Shown here: positions 1 to 12,789 of the stretch, in pieces
Numbering within the stretch: the first letter of the stretch is position 1
Layout: the number at the start of each line of letters is the position of its first letter
DNA from: Lama glama
Taxonomy: Eukaryota
Assembly: GCA_028534125.1 (NCBI GenBank)
Contig: CM052817.1
Coordinates: 58,096,001 to 58,160,000, forward strand
Direction of reading: 5' to 3'
DNA length: 64,000 nt
Notes under the pieces: generated by a model
What the model saw: the letters and a program-made list of their open reading frames with translations, nothing else
The model's database searches: none
Told to the model about the DNA's origin: nothing
Made by a program: the position numbers and the translations under genes

Positions 1-984
1 TTTAGGTGAATCTTTAGGAGAAGGAATTTCCCAAGTGTGTGCTTGCTCTAAGCAATCAGTAACACCCTGACCTATATTTTGAGGCTGTTGTTTTATGCAG
101 GATATGAACAAAAATAGAACTGCCTCAAAAAAAATTATGACGTATAAAAATATTGAGTGAAATATGCACATTAGCATCACATTTGAGTACAGGAAAATTG
201 ATTCAATTTAAACTTGATGATTGTCTGCTTCTAATTTGCGTCCCCCAAGTAGCAGCCCCAGGGTTTGCACCAAATGTATAATTTAAACAACTTTTCCATC
301 ATACAATGCTTCTGCAAAACAGTACATTATCTTCTCCATTTAGGCATTTTACTTGAACACAGGATTTCAAAACCAAAAAATTAATGTTTTGATGTAAGCA
401 ACTAAATACAAAATTAAATAAATTACAAATTGACCAGAAAATTGTGTTTTTCCTCACCTATCGAGCCTCAAGGAAAAAGAGAAATTACAGAACTGTAATA
501 TTTTATTTTTATTGTTTCCGATAATATGTATCCACAGTGTTATTTTCCATGAGCAGAGATTCTCAAATATATAAGTGGCATAAATATTTTCCATATTGTC
601 CATATGAATCTGGAAGAACATTTAAGACTTCTGAGTGGTCCATTGCATCTTATTTTAAATTAGTAATAAAAATAAAAAAATAAAATGTACAGTTTCATAC
701 ATTTAATGTTTATTGAAATAATACTTCCAAATACAAGGTTATTCAAATACTAGAAAATTAACAAATATTTATTAAACACAAAGAATAAAATAATCTTTTT
801 GCTGCCATTTGCCTAACGAAGTTTATCTAGTAAAACAAGATAATTTTTAGAACTCAGGCCAGACACTAACATTTGATAGAATTCCTTCCCTGATAACCCA
901 GCCCTTAAATCTGGATTATTCATACCTATATTAAATCATACAAAACATTCCATTTTGCACTTGCTATGCCCTTTTCACAAAGTT

Positions 985-1202
985 TAGTAACTGTCTATTT
1001 ATTTGTCTTTCCTATTAGATCCTCAGCTCTTTGGACTGTAACTTTTATTTCTCTATCTCCATACTTTAGCACTCTGCCTAGCACATTGCCAAGGTTTAAT
1101 TAAAGTTTGTGAATATTTCATTATTCACCTTTGTATCTAGCTGCTGGCACATAGTAGACACTCAATAAATATTTGTGGACTGAATGAATAAATGAATGAA
1201 TG
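985..1202 (+). mobile_element. L2 3' end fragments
   Basis: CTGGCACATAGTAGACACTCAATAAATATTTGTGGACTGAATGAATAAATGAATGAA is the typical L2 terminus. Confidence 0.85.
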
Positions 1203-1435
1203 CCATCTGCTTTTAGAATTACTGTGAAGACACATTTCTCAATTACCACATGCCTCATAAATACTGAGATTAATTAGGAAAAAAATCCCATACAAAATCT
1301 TTTAAAAGTGTGTATAAAATGACAAGAATTGTTTTTATTGTTCAGGATAGTCAGTGAAGGTCATGTTGAAACCCTTTCTGTCCCCTGATTTATTTCTTGT
1401 ATGTGCTTCTGTCATTGAATTGATGACTTGATACT

Positions 1436-2600
1436 TTTATTCGTGATTTATTCTGCATTTAACAAATATTTACTGAGGGTCACTCTATGCAAGGCATTCC
1501 TCTAAAGACAGGGTGGCAGAGGGGTAGGGAAGAAACATCCTTGTCCTCATTATCTTTTATTATTCTGGGGAGGGGAACAGACATATATAAGAATACATAT
1601 AATAATACACATTGGTTTAGAGATAAATACTAAGGAGAAATAAAGCAGACAAGGGGCCCAGAAGTGGATGTGAGCATGTGTGGAGTGTGGAATTACTGTT
1701 TTAGACAAAATGGCCAGAGAAAGTGTCATTGAAGTGACATTTGAGCTAGTCTGAAAGAAAGTAAGGAAGTTCTCCTGCATGCATCCAGGAAGAGAATGCA
1801 CAGAGACAAATGCAACAGAAAAACAGTAGTGGTGGTACAGGATCAAGATTGCGGGCAGGGGTTATGACATGAAGGGCCTATAGACCATTCTTTTACTCTC
1901 GGTGAGATGGGACGCCATCGTAGGATTTTGAGCAAAACAGTGGCATGATCTGACTTTGATTTTAACATGCTAGTTCTGTTTTGAGGCTATACTGCGAGGG
2001 ACAGAGGTAGATGTAGAGATTAGTTAGAAAGCTGTCACAGTAACCTGGGTGAAAGATGATGGTGGCTTAAACTAGGTCATAGCAAGTGAAAGTTTGGAGA
2101 AGTGGCTGAATACTCTATGTCATGTGACGATAAAGCCAACAGGATTTACTGACAAACTAGATACGCATTGTAAGAGAAAAAGAGAAACTAGAAATGACCC
2201 GAAGGTCTTCAACACAAACAACTGCAAGAGTAGACGTTGCCATTGACTATGATGGGGAAGACTGTATACAGAGAGGTTTCAGAAGAATTCAGAAGCTTTG
2301 TGTATTTTTAAGTTTGAGATGCTTCTATGAAAAAGCAGAGATGACAAGTAGGCAGTTAGGCATGAATTAGGAGGTCAGGGCTAGAGATACAAATGTGGTT
2401 GTTATAAGCATTCATATGGTACTAAACCTCTGAGCCTCAATGAGCTCACCAAAGAAGTGAGCTAAATAGAAAACAGAAGTTTAAATCTTGAGTCTTGGAA
2501 CACTCCAGATGCAGGAGTCATGTAAGTGATTTGAATCCAGCAAAGGAGACTGAGAATGCATAAGGATGGTGTCCCAGAAGCCAAATGGAAGAAATAGCTC
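1436..2600 (-). mobile_element. L2 (L2a-like) ~1.2 kb fragment
   Basis: Starts CATTTAACAAATATTTACTGAG and continues with typical antisense L2 motifs (GGATTTTGAGCA...TGGCATGATCTGACTT, AAGTTTGAGATG, CCAGCAAAGGAGACTGAGAA). Confidence 0.85.
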
Positions 2601-2728
2601 AAATAGAATTACTAAAATTATCATGTTAATTTATGATTTAGTCATTTTGACTCTTCTCTTTCCTCACCATCTGCATCCAATCTTCAGTACTCCTTTGGTT
2701 CTTTCTACAAAATGTATTAAAGTAAGTA

Positions 2729-3435
2729 TGTATCTCACTAGAAAGGCAGGATCAATATGAGTAATATGGAATAAGGATTCATTACAGGGACCAGACTGTA
2801 TGCAGCTGTGGGAGCTGACAGAAGGCGATGGAAGCCTGTTGCCACTGCTCCAACGGTGGGCTTAAAGTCACTAAGATCAGCAGAACTGGCATTTGGGATG
2901 AAAAGCTGGGTAGACTGGTAGCCAGCTGGGACAAACTAGAATCCTCAGGATAAATTAGACTTCCAAGAGACAGTCTCTACCTACATCAACTGGGACAAAC
3001 TGGATAAAGTGGTTCCCCAAAAGACAGTCTCTACCTATATCTGTTTCTCACCACTTCCAACTCCTACACTACAAGGGATATGCAGATAGTGATCTGCAGA
3101 AAGAGGCTTCACAAAAGAGCCTCCCACGAACCTGTACACACACAGTGTGAGAGGATAAAGGAGGTCTGGCAGGAGCTGAGGGATCTGCACGCGCAACTGC
3201 TGCCCCAAACCAAACAAGGTGAGCCTGCAGGTCAACAAGGAGCATGAGCTGACACAGTGCCTGGTTTCCTACACTGTCCTTCAGCATGTAATACAGCTGC
3301 TGCTGCCTTTCTTCCTTCCAGATCTCATGAAGGCTTCTCTTTTGGCCAACCTTAAAGCAGAACCATATCGGGAAGGGAATTCTAGGAAACACAATTCCAG
3401 TTTTAGTTATATCAACACAGTACAAAGTCACTCCA
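2729..3435 (-). mobile_element. ERVL-class solo LTR (LTR33-like)
   Basis: The end GGCCAACCTTAAAGCAGAACCATATCGGGAAGGGAATTCTAGGAAACACAATTCCAG resembles the LTR33 family. It has an internal imperfect direct repeat (CTGGGACAAACT...AGACAGTCTCTACCTA twice) at ~2925-3040. Confidence 0.7.
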
Positions 3436-4316
3436 ATCCAAAATCTGCCAAAGTAAAATGAGGACTGAGAGTTAACTAAAGTAATCATTTGTTATAACAT
3501 GTCTATTACTGGACGGTTATTTCCTTGAAAGCAAGGAGTAACTGGTTTTATACTCTTTTTAGTTCACAGTACATTGTATTCTAATTATTTGTTATCATGA
3601 CTGTCTCAATTACAAGAATTTCCCCCCAATTTTGATATCCCTAATATTTAGCTTGTCTACTATCTGCCATACAAATTTTCTGAATGACTAAAATCCCTTT
3701 ACATTTACTTCCCTATGATTCTAAGCAATGATGTTTTGTAGATATTAAAGAACACAAGATTGGTGAGAAATTAGCAGTTAATCTAGATTTTCAAATTATT
3801 CTCATGTGTCGTGTTAGTGAAATGCTTCTTCAGTATGCTTCAGCTCATGCTCAGCCTGTCACTTTTAGTTTGGTTTTCGAGAAAAAAAAGTATCACTTGT
3901 TGACACATGGCTACATAAATGATTATGATTCACTTATCTAGGAATTCTTTCCAACTAGGACTACCAATGGAGTTACTTCATGATGAGTTTTGTTTTTCTT
4001 CCCTTTATTTTTATCCTTTTATATTATTGTTCAGTGTTTACTTCCTATGATTCAGCCTTGTGCCAGAAACACCTGATGACTAAAATCCCTTGTTATTTTT
4101 CAGAGATGTGATATTCTGTTGACTGGAGCTTTCATCCATAAACATGCCACAATATATGGAAAAGGAGAAGACTAATTAATTAATAACTGTTAATGAATCC
4201 AAAAGATAAAAATGGTGATCCAAAGTATCATATCTCATTTCCAACATCATTTAAAGCTCCAGGGCACAGTTGAATTTATTCTGGGGTTTCCTGTATCTTT
4301 TTACAGTCTTGACCTT

Positions 4317-4662
4317 TGCTATGGTTTGAATGTTTGTGCTCTCCCAAAACTCTTATGTCCCAATGCCCAATGTAATAGTATCAGGAGTTGGGGGATGCTA
4401 AGGTAATGAGGGTCGACCCTCACGAATGGGATTAGTGTTCTTGGAAAAGAGACCCCCACAAAAATCCCCCCTCCTTCCAGCATGGGAGGACACAGGTAGA
4501 AGGTACCAGCTCTGAATCAGAAAGAGGGCCCTCATCAGAGCATGATCATACTGGTGCCCTGATCTTGGACTCCCCAGTCTCCAGAACTATGAAAAATAAA
4601 TTTTTGTGGTTTATAAGCCACCTAGTCTATGGTATTTTATAACAGCCGAACAGGCTAAGACA
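4317..4662 (+). mobile_element. MaLR solo LTR (MLT1A-like), full length
   Basis: Termini TGCTATGGTTTGAATG...GCTAAGACA, an internal AATAAA, and a 5-bp TSD ACCTT/ACCTG. Confidence 0.92.
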
Positions 4663-4999
4663 ACCTGCTGAGCTGTTGCATCAAATCTCACCTCACTGCT
4701 TCCTCTGACTGAGTAGTACTTGGTTGAGTGGCCCCAGTGATGCCTCCAGCCTTCATTTTTAAAGTCAATTCAGTAACAGTTGTCAAACGACTGAGAATAG
4801 TTTGGAGGAAAGCAAAGGCTCTTGAAGGAATAATGAACAATAAGGTTTCTCCATTATATACACTTTTCAAGAAATGATAAAGAGAAGAAATCTTTAGTAA
4901 TATGCACCACCCCTCGTCTCCCTCAAGGACCCATTACTGGGCACTGAAGAAGTAAGTAAATAAGTCATGAGCCCACCATTGGCTTATATTCTAATCGGA

Positions 5000-5336
5000 G
5001 AGTTTTCTCTGCTGGTAGAAGTTAAAGCTTTGAAGCATGTGAGTTCAAAGCTGCTGTTGCTGGCCTGGGGATGGAGGGAGCCACGCGTAAAAGAAACAGA
5101 GATGTCAGCTGTCTAACTGCAAGAAACTGAATTCTGCCAACAACCAGAAAGAGCAGGGAAGCTGATTTGTGCCCCGAGCCCCTAGATGAGCTGATTTCAG
5201 GCTTGTGACAATGAGCAGAGAACTAGCCACATCTTCCCAGAGTTCTGACCTACAAAACCATGTTCTAATAAATTGCTATTTATTTTAAGCCGCTATGTTT
5301 GCAGTAATTTTGTCTGCAGCAGTAAAAATTAATACA
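5000..5336 (+). mobile_element. MaLR LTR fragment (MLT1E/G-like)
   Basis: GAAACTGAATTCTGCCAACAACC...TTCTGACCTACA...TTTTAAGCCGCTATGTTTG...AATTAATACA. Confidence 0.8.
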
Positions 5337-5793
5337 GCTTGTCTCTGCTTCACATGGCTGGCTGGAGTAGACAGACTTGGAGCTGGAGGATCTGCTACCA
5401 AAGTGGCTCACTTCCATGGCTGGCAAAGTGGTGCTGGTTGCATGTGAAGTCCGTCAGATAGTGCTGAGGGCTAAAGGCATCCGTTCCTCTCAGTGTGGGC
5501 TTTTGCATGGGTTGTGTGGGTTCTCTACAGCAGGTGATTAGTTCTGAGAGCAATAGTACCCAGAGAACAAGGATAAAGTAAAGAGCAATTTTATGACCTA
5601 GCCTAGGAAATTTTACAGCATCTTTTTCACTGTATTCTAGTAGTGGAGGCAGTCACAAAAGTCTGCTCAGGTCAAGCCGAAGGGACATAAACCTTACCAC
5701 TCCATCACAACAGTTTCAACTTCTCATTATAAGAAGTGTATATAAATGAGAAGGGATATTTTATAACAGCTGTATTTGAAACACACAATTACA
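5337..5793 (-). mobile_element. MaLR LTR fragment (MLT1G/H-like), antisense
   Basis: GGAGCTGGAGGATCTGCT...TGGCTCAC...TTTTATGACCTAGCCTAGGAA...GCAGTCACAA motifs. Confidence 0.8.
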
Positions 5794-8700
5794 TAGTGAT
5801 ATAATAACTCACTCCTTTCTCAATATGCATTTTGTTTTGTTAAAATGTTAACATTTGAAGGAAAGTTGTAAGTGATGACAGTACAAAGAAAAGCATTGTT
5901 GCACCCCAAAGATAAGTTAGGGGTGTGAATGTGTTTGGATGTATAATACATACATACACATAATAAGTCCCATAATGACAAATGTTTAGAACACAATGCT
6001 AGCTTTAACTTAAATTTCTAGAAAACATTCCAGATGTTGAAGATGGAGAGTGAAAAAAAAAAAAAAACAACAACTAAGATCTATTTGAATGTAAATGTGT
6101 TATTTTAGGTTTGGTTAATATGTTAACTTGAATTATGCTATCATTGATTTCTTGAACACTTATTCACTACGTAACAATTAATATATAGCAATATATAGCA
6201 TTAGCCATAGTTACATTTGCATATTTTGGTTTGTATTTTATATAAATGCTCTGAAACCAGGAAAACTATTATTCACCAGATATAAAATTTAGACAACTTT
6301 TTCATTACAGAATTAAGTATCTTATTTAGTTTTTTTTCCAAGAAAGCAAATAAAATTCAATATCATTTTTATTTACAGAATATAATAGTAAGTAAAAATA
6401 AAGCAATACATTAGTCCTTAGCAGATCTAGACTGAATAGAAATATACAAATTATTCCTCTTCATCTTCTACATTTGGATGATTAAAAAAATAATTGAATC
6501 TCATTACTGTGTGAACCAGACATAAGGAAAACACAATTCAATTTATGATAGCATATGCATTTCTTACTGAAGTTAAAATTATGGTCAGCAATGTATAGAT
6601 TTGGCAAAATAAAAATGACTTCCATGTTGTATGACTTCCTAAGTCTAGAATTTCACAATATAAGAGAAGCTTTATATAAATGACAAAGACTAGAAAATGC
6701 ATTTTTCACATTTTAATTACAATTCACATGTCTGTATCTCCTGCTGTGATGTTTTGTTAAAAAGAGATCTCATTTGTGAAACTGCCAGTATAGAAACTGA
6801 CAGATGGCAAGACCAGTTTCCAACCTGCTTAAGTACTGGTTTAATATGGTTTAGATTATTTTATTAGCCTTGTCTATTTTTGCTATATATCTAAATAGTA
6901 CAAGAGTACTATTACAATTTTATTATAGTTCTTCTATTGTTATAACTAGATCTATTTATATGATTTATGCATAGATTTATTGTTAGTTTCAGATTTCAAT
7001 CAGTATACTATTTTAGAGATGACTTAACTGATGATTTCTCTCAAAAATCTGTCCTGTTCTATTTATTTTAATGAAATGCCTACAAACACATAGATGCCTG
7101 GGGACAGTCATAGTAGAACAGCTCCAATGCCCAATGGAAAAGTCACTTTGATAAATGTGACTCAGGCATCAACAAATGAACCAATTTATTGGGTTAAATA
7201 TTTTTTTTAATATTGCAACCAGAACAAAACAAGTATTCAAAGATGAAAATCACCTCATATGAAGGTGAGAAATCTTGAGATCATTTTCCATAAGACCTCA
7301 TCAATCATATTTGGAAATAGATACAAAGATAAGGAAATTATAGAAAAGCAAAAGTTTCTACTGGTGAACCTGCTTATAAGGACTCCTTTGGTTTTATGTT
7401 GATAAATATCAATTTTAATACAGTTTGTCTCCCTTAAATGAGAGAGAGGTGTAAATTCAGAGAACATCAGTGTTGATGCCAGTTCTTTCCTTCTGCCACC
7501 TCAACTTTTTTGAGTTCTCTAGAGTTGAGTTCTCTAGATATTTTCCCCTGGAAACTGAGGATTTCCTCAGTTTCAGAGTAAGCGATGCCTCTCCACACCC
7601 TTTGCTTTCCATCCCATCGGCCCATCAAATGGTCTCAGAATTAGATCAGATTGTAAACCTGGAACATGGTAGCCCAGTGACAAGGGCAGTGGCTTACTTT
7701 CACCTTAATCGTCTTGCTACCGTGTCTGCCCCACAGGACAAATCCTTTGTGTCTGTGTAGTTCCCAGATCAAAGACAGCTCCTGCAGTGAGTATTTTGAC
7801 CCAGTCATCTGGGCTTAGCTTCTGGCGAGGATTCCTCTCTGAAATCCTGGCAGTTGACCTGCCTGTCCTTTCAGTTTCCTCCACAGAGCAAGGGCAAGGA
7901 TAGATCCTGCTGTTCTGCCACCAGGCAGAATTTCTGCTGCAAAAAGACAGTTTACCAAGGATAGTAGCCACTACCAGATTTCTGAAAAATAATTCTGTCT
8001 TAATTTTTCTTCTACTAGTGTCCTGTCTACCTGACAGCTTGCCCCAATTAAGAGAGTTTTCCATGTTAAAATAGAATTTTTTCCTGCACTCTGTGGACCC
8101 TGCACTGCAGTTGAATCTGTCCTCCCATCTTCTGTCCTACACTTTCTCATCAGTCCTTGGTCTTCAAACCAGTGCAGATTTCAGCCTTGATCTCCATAAA
8201 GGCTCCTGCTGCTCTAAGGTGCCCATAATGCCACCTTAACTTTATAACAGTTGTCACAAAAAGATATTTTCCCTTTTAGTAATATGGAAAAAATCCAGAA
8301 TGTTAGTATCATATTCGTATTTTTTTCATTTCTTTTATACTATTCGGCTAAAGCAAAGGGGAGAATTGGTTCTTCATTTAACTTTCTTCATTATGATTGA
8401 ATAATCATGACAGAGTATGCAGTAAATCAAAGGATGATAAAACAACTAGGACAGAAGAAAACACAACTTTTAAATTTGTTTTCTGATACTTCACCTACAA
8501 ACGTTTTGCAAATGTTTTAAGGGTAATTCATTTTCTAAAATATCTTATGACTTTTATTATAGTAATAGGGTTGGAAAGAAAAATTATCTCCGTTCCTTCC
8601 CTAGACACTAATTTTACTTTTTAGGTACCACTACTGAAGAATTTCTAATTTGGCTCATCATTTCAGTGGGAATTCAGTGCACATAAGGGGCACATATGTA

Positions 8701-9791
8701 ATTGGCAACCTAATTTTTCTGCTTTCATCAGATGGTACAATGCCAAATCTTCATTGAACTTGCCAGTTAAATGCACTTGGGAACCAAACAGCAGCAAGCA
8801 TAAAAGATGAAAATGAACAAATTGGAAAGAGTCATTAACTTTCTGTTTTCCTATCACAACAAAAATTGTATCATGGAAAGTGTAGCAAAGTGGCAAATTC
8901 TACTTGAAACATTAAACAATCTTAAAAGAGACTAATTCATTTATTTAACTTCTAAAATGTAGCTCATTATAATTTATAAATGGGTTTTTAGTATAGGTTT
9001 AAAAAATACAAAATAGTTAAAATGAATCAACTTTTCAGAAATGTGTTTTAGGTTATTTATTTTCATATGTCTTACTGGTCTAGTGTATATGAATTCTGGG
9101 CTTCATTTGATGAGCAAAATTGTTATAAAATTAAGTGAGAAGTATTGGCTTTATTTAATACCTTAATGAATAAAGGCAATTGACAGATTTTCATGGTTCT
9201 CACTAATTATGGAATGCAATTGAGAGTGTGAAAATTACAATCAGTTGTGGTTACCAAAAATGCCCTTGAAATAATCTGGTCTAATATATAATTTTGAGGA
9301 ATGTAACATAGAGTCATTATTAAATTATCATTAGTGATGACAATCAAATCAATAGGAACTGAGACAATAAAAGCACCAAACACTTGCCAAGTATGATTGA
9401 GCATCATCCTTAAAGGGAAAAAACTTTTTTCTTAAATGCTTATTTATAGTTCTTAAATAAACCACATATTTATTTGCTAAGTTCAAAAGTTCAGATCAGG
9501 AATAGCTCTTCTACAAAATTTACTTTTGCAGCAACAGCAGGATTCCTTTAGTCAGGACTTTTGGGAAAGCTTCCTAATTTTTTTCATCTTTAAATCTAAG
9601 TAGTTAGGACTTTTAAAATTCTTGCCTAACCCTAAAAAACCTGAACATTTTGTAAACAATTCTTGCGTTAGAAAAAGAAGGAGGGAGGTTGAAAGAAAAA
9701 TGCCAAGGGATTGTAGATCAGCTTATTTCATAATTATCAAAAGCTCTAAAGAAACTATTAAAACTCTTAACTAAGCCAGGTATTCTGAATG

Positions 9792-9925
9792 GGAGGCAGT
9801 AGAGTAAGGCAGACAGGTTGAGTTGCAGCTGCATCATTTAATCTGTACGTGACCTGTGGTTAACTACGTGCCCTCTCCAAATCTGACTTTCCTGATGTAT
9901 AAAACTGAAGAAATGATAAGCTTTT
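9792..9925 (+). mobile_element. MIR fragment
   Basis: Degenerate MIR core: GTGACCTGTGG...CTCTCC...TTTCCTGATGTATAAAACTGAAG. Confidence 0.6.
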
Positions 9926-11567
9926 TCACCGGGCCCATACACATTAAATCTCAACATCTTTTGTTAGCATATCCCTTTAACAGTGCTTAATCAGAGGAAC
10001 TATACTGTATGTGTATGTTATTGATATGTGTCTGCTGGTTCCAACTTTGCTCCCCTTTCTTCATTATAAGCTTAAGCCACTTTTAGTGGACTTTGTTGGA
10101 TTCTAAACTGTTTGTATGAGACATGGAAGAATTAGGGGAAAGGAAAATCAATAGTAAAGGCAAAATAAATGGAGAATATGTAATGGGCCAGCATACACCA
10201 AAAACCTAAGGACATAGCAATGGTCACAGCTACTAATAAACAGATATAAAAACTAAGTTGTCAACCCTAGCCTCTTAGATAATTCTTAACTTTCTTTTGT
10301 TACATTTATAAAGAAAGTTTCCCACAGTTGTCACCTCAAAGCAGGGTTGCCCCTATACCAAAATACACATTGACCATTAATACTCATTCAAGAAGTACAT
10401 CTTTCTTTTACACTCAATATATTCACAATTCATAAGTCAGATTGTTACCAGATTGTTTACAATGCTCTCTCTCACACACACACACAAGCATAAAAGCATA
10501 GGTTCTTGATTCCTGTAAGCTGTTTGCTAATACAGTAGTGCACCAGATCACAAAGATCCTATACTGTGGGCAGGAGGGCAGTTAAAGTGTAAGGGAGCTG
10601 ATGGTAGGTGTACAAACTTGATATTGGGGATGCATTATCTATCTAGAAATGGTCCTACAAGCCACCAGAATTGGTTTAAAAAATGTTTCCAACACACACA
10701 CAGAGTTAAATGCACTCCATCAGCTGTCTGGCCTGCTAAAGACATAAATACACAGGAGCGGAGATGAAGAAGCGGATGGATGGGAGAGTTCAGGACCCAT
10801 GGCAAACCTAAAAGGAAATGAGGCAGTGCAATAGGAGAGAAGATCTAGGGAAAATAAATTAGGTAAACCGCAGCACCATGCATCAGAAGTCTTCTCCATC
10901 ACTAAAATGGCAAAATTTCTCCAGAGGGCCATCAGTCAAATGATGTTAAAACGGTAGCTGGTTCTGTTTGTAATTCCCGTGTTGTTGAGGACCTTACGTG
11001 TAGGAACACAAGTTCCCCTTCAAGTCACAGTCCCAGTGCTTCTGTTATCTTACAGAAGAACTGACTGCTGTAAATATTTCCTGGGAGGTGTGATCTGCTT
11101 AGATAAAAGAAGCTAGGTTTCTTTCCTTGCGGCCTTTGAGGGAAAAGATGTGTCAGAATGTGAATAGCCTGGGTGAGAAGAAAAAGAGGAGAAAGGATCT
11201 CACAATTTCCTCCCTGGGAGGTAGAAGAGAATGAAGATAGCATCTGGTTGGGAGAGAAAAGATACGGTGCATTTTCAGTATTGCCTCGGTCCCTTTGCAA
11301 AGAAAGCTTCAGATTCCCCCTCTTTTTCAGTCTTGACCTGCCAGTGCACTTGGACTCGACATACATTTGAGGATGGGCCGAGAGGAAAGCCAAGTCAGAA
11401 CGGTCGGTTACAGCTTCCCCTAAAAACGAAAACTCAGCTACGGGCCAGCCGTGGGTGTGCGCGCCTTAATGTATGAGTATGCGTGCGTGGTAACCCGCGG
11501 ACGTAGTTGGCCGGGCGCCGCCCTCGAAACCACCCCCTCCCCAGCTTCACCCCTCCCCCCGGGCCCT

Positions 11568-11603
11568 TATAAAAGGCCGCGCTCGCCGCCGCCCCCCTCA
11601 CAG
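11568..11603 (+). promoter_or_regulatory. TATA box (TATAAAAG) plus initiator-like site
   Basis: TATAAAAG at 11568-11575 in GC-rich context. CTCACA (BBCABW-type Inr) has its A at 11600, 32 nt downstream of the first T. A second Inr-like CTCAGT has its A at 11651. Confidence 0.7.
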
Positions 11604-12025
11604 TCTGGGAGCGCGGCCTGCCGAGGAGGTGACTCTAGTGTCCCCCACTCAGTCACACTCCGCGCACTCACACACTTGGAAGCGCCTCCCCACGTCCCTC
11701 CTCTGCCCTCCTCTTGCTCTGCTCTTCTCTCTCTCACCGCAAACAGTCGCCGACCGACTGCCAATCCGCGTCTCTCTCCACAACATGACTGACTGGGAAG
11801 CGGTGGCTCAGGCAGAGCAGCTCTGCTGGCGCAGGCAGGAGGAGCAGGAGGATTATTAAATAACGCAGCTCGACTCTGCAACTGGGAGTGGAGAGAAGGA
11901 GCCCAACAGCCGAGAAGGGGAGGGAGGGCAGAGGAGGGGGCCCAGGAAAGACACCCCCGTGCCCCGAAGACATAAATCCCCGAGTGCCCGGGAGGAGCCT
12001 TACCAAGCGGCGCGGAGCCCTCAAG
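11600..12025 (+). other. CCSER1: Non-coding first exon (5' UTR), likely CCSER1/FAM190A
   Basis: Lies downstream of the TATA box in the CpG island and ends at CAAG|GTAGTA. The stretch ...GGAGGATTATTAAATAACGCAGCT...GAAGACATAAATCCC...GGAGCCCTCAAG matches my recollection of the human CCSER1 mRNA leader, a gene with a very large first intron. Not verified by alignment; the 5' boundary is approximate. Confidence 0.68.
11785..11859 (+). CDS. Upstream ORF, 24 aa (MTDWEAVAQAEQLCWRRQEEQEDY)
   Basis: The only ATG in the putative exon 1, in context CAACATGA (A at -3), with stop TAA at 11857-11859. Translation is not demonstrated. Confidence 0.45.
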   Translation: MTDWEAVAQAEQLCWRRQEEQEDY

Positions 12026-12479
12026 GTAGTAACGCCCCCGGTGCCCCCGCGCCCTCAGGGTCGCGCTTCGCGTCGCCGCCGCACTGGGGCCGGCTCCCGG
12101 CGGACGCGGGAGGACCGCCAGGCAGGAGACCGCGCCTTGCCCGGGCCGCCCTGGAGCAGCCCCCGCCCAGGCCCGGGGCGCCGGCCGCCGGCCCGGCGTG
12201 CGCGGCGCGGAGACTTAGTCTCGCGGGCGGGGTGGGAGGGAGGCGGACGGGCTCGCTCGCCTTGGGCCCGCGACTCCGGGCGCGCTGCGTGGCCTTTTCC
12301 TCCGCGCTCCTGAGCACTCTGCTCCGAGCGTCCGTGGCGGCCACTTCAGGGCTCCGCGGAGCGCGGCGGGCCAAGGAGGCAAGAGTTGGCGCAGGCTGGG
12401 GGCCGCTCCCTTCCCTCGCCGTTCGTGTCCCGCAGGTAGGGGCGGCCGGGCAGCTGCGGCACCGCGGGCTGCGGGCACC

Positions 12480-12552
12480 GGGGCGGGGGCCGCGGCGGGG
12501 AGGGGTGGGGGGAGGGAGGGGGTGGGGGAGGGAGGGGGCGGGGAGCCCGGGG
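12480..12552 (+). repeat. Dense G-tract cluster (G-quadruplex-prone)
   Basis: More than ten GGG or longer runs with short spacers: GGGGCGGGGGCCGCGGCGGGGAGGGGTGGGGGGAGGGAGGGGGTGGGGGAGGGAGGGGGCGGGG. Confidence 0.9.
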
Positions 12553-12727
12553 CTCCTGGTGGAGCCGCAGTGCCGGAGCCGGGACGGCATCTTGCCTCCG
12601 CCCGCTCGTCCTCTGGCGCTGGCTTCCTGGATTGGAGGCGAGAACCTCCCCAGCGGCGGCAGGAACAGCGGCGACTTCGTGTGGACAAATTGCTTTGTGG
12701 TGGCGCGTCAAGGGCTCCAAGGAGGGG

Positions 12728-12789
12728 GTGTGTGTGTGTGCGCGTGTGTGTGTGCGCGTGTGTGTGTGCGCGCTCGCGCGTGTGCGTGT
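12728..12789. repeat. Compound (TG)n/(CG)n microsatellite
   Basis: Alternating purine-pyrimidine tract with about three 14-bp units of GTGTGTGTGTGCGC. Confidence 0.95.

Noticed and set aside
2925..3040. Imperfect ~60-bp direct repeat
   Set aside because: It lies inside the LTR33-like element and is best explained as LTR internal structure.
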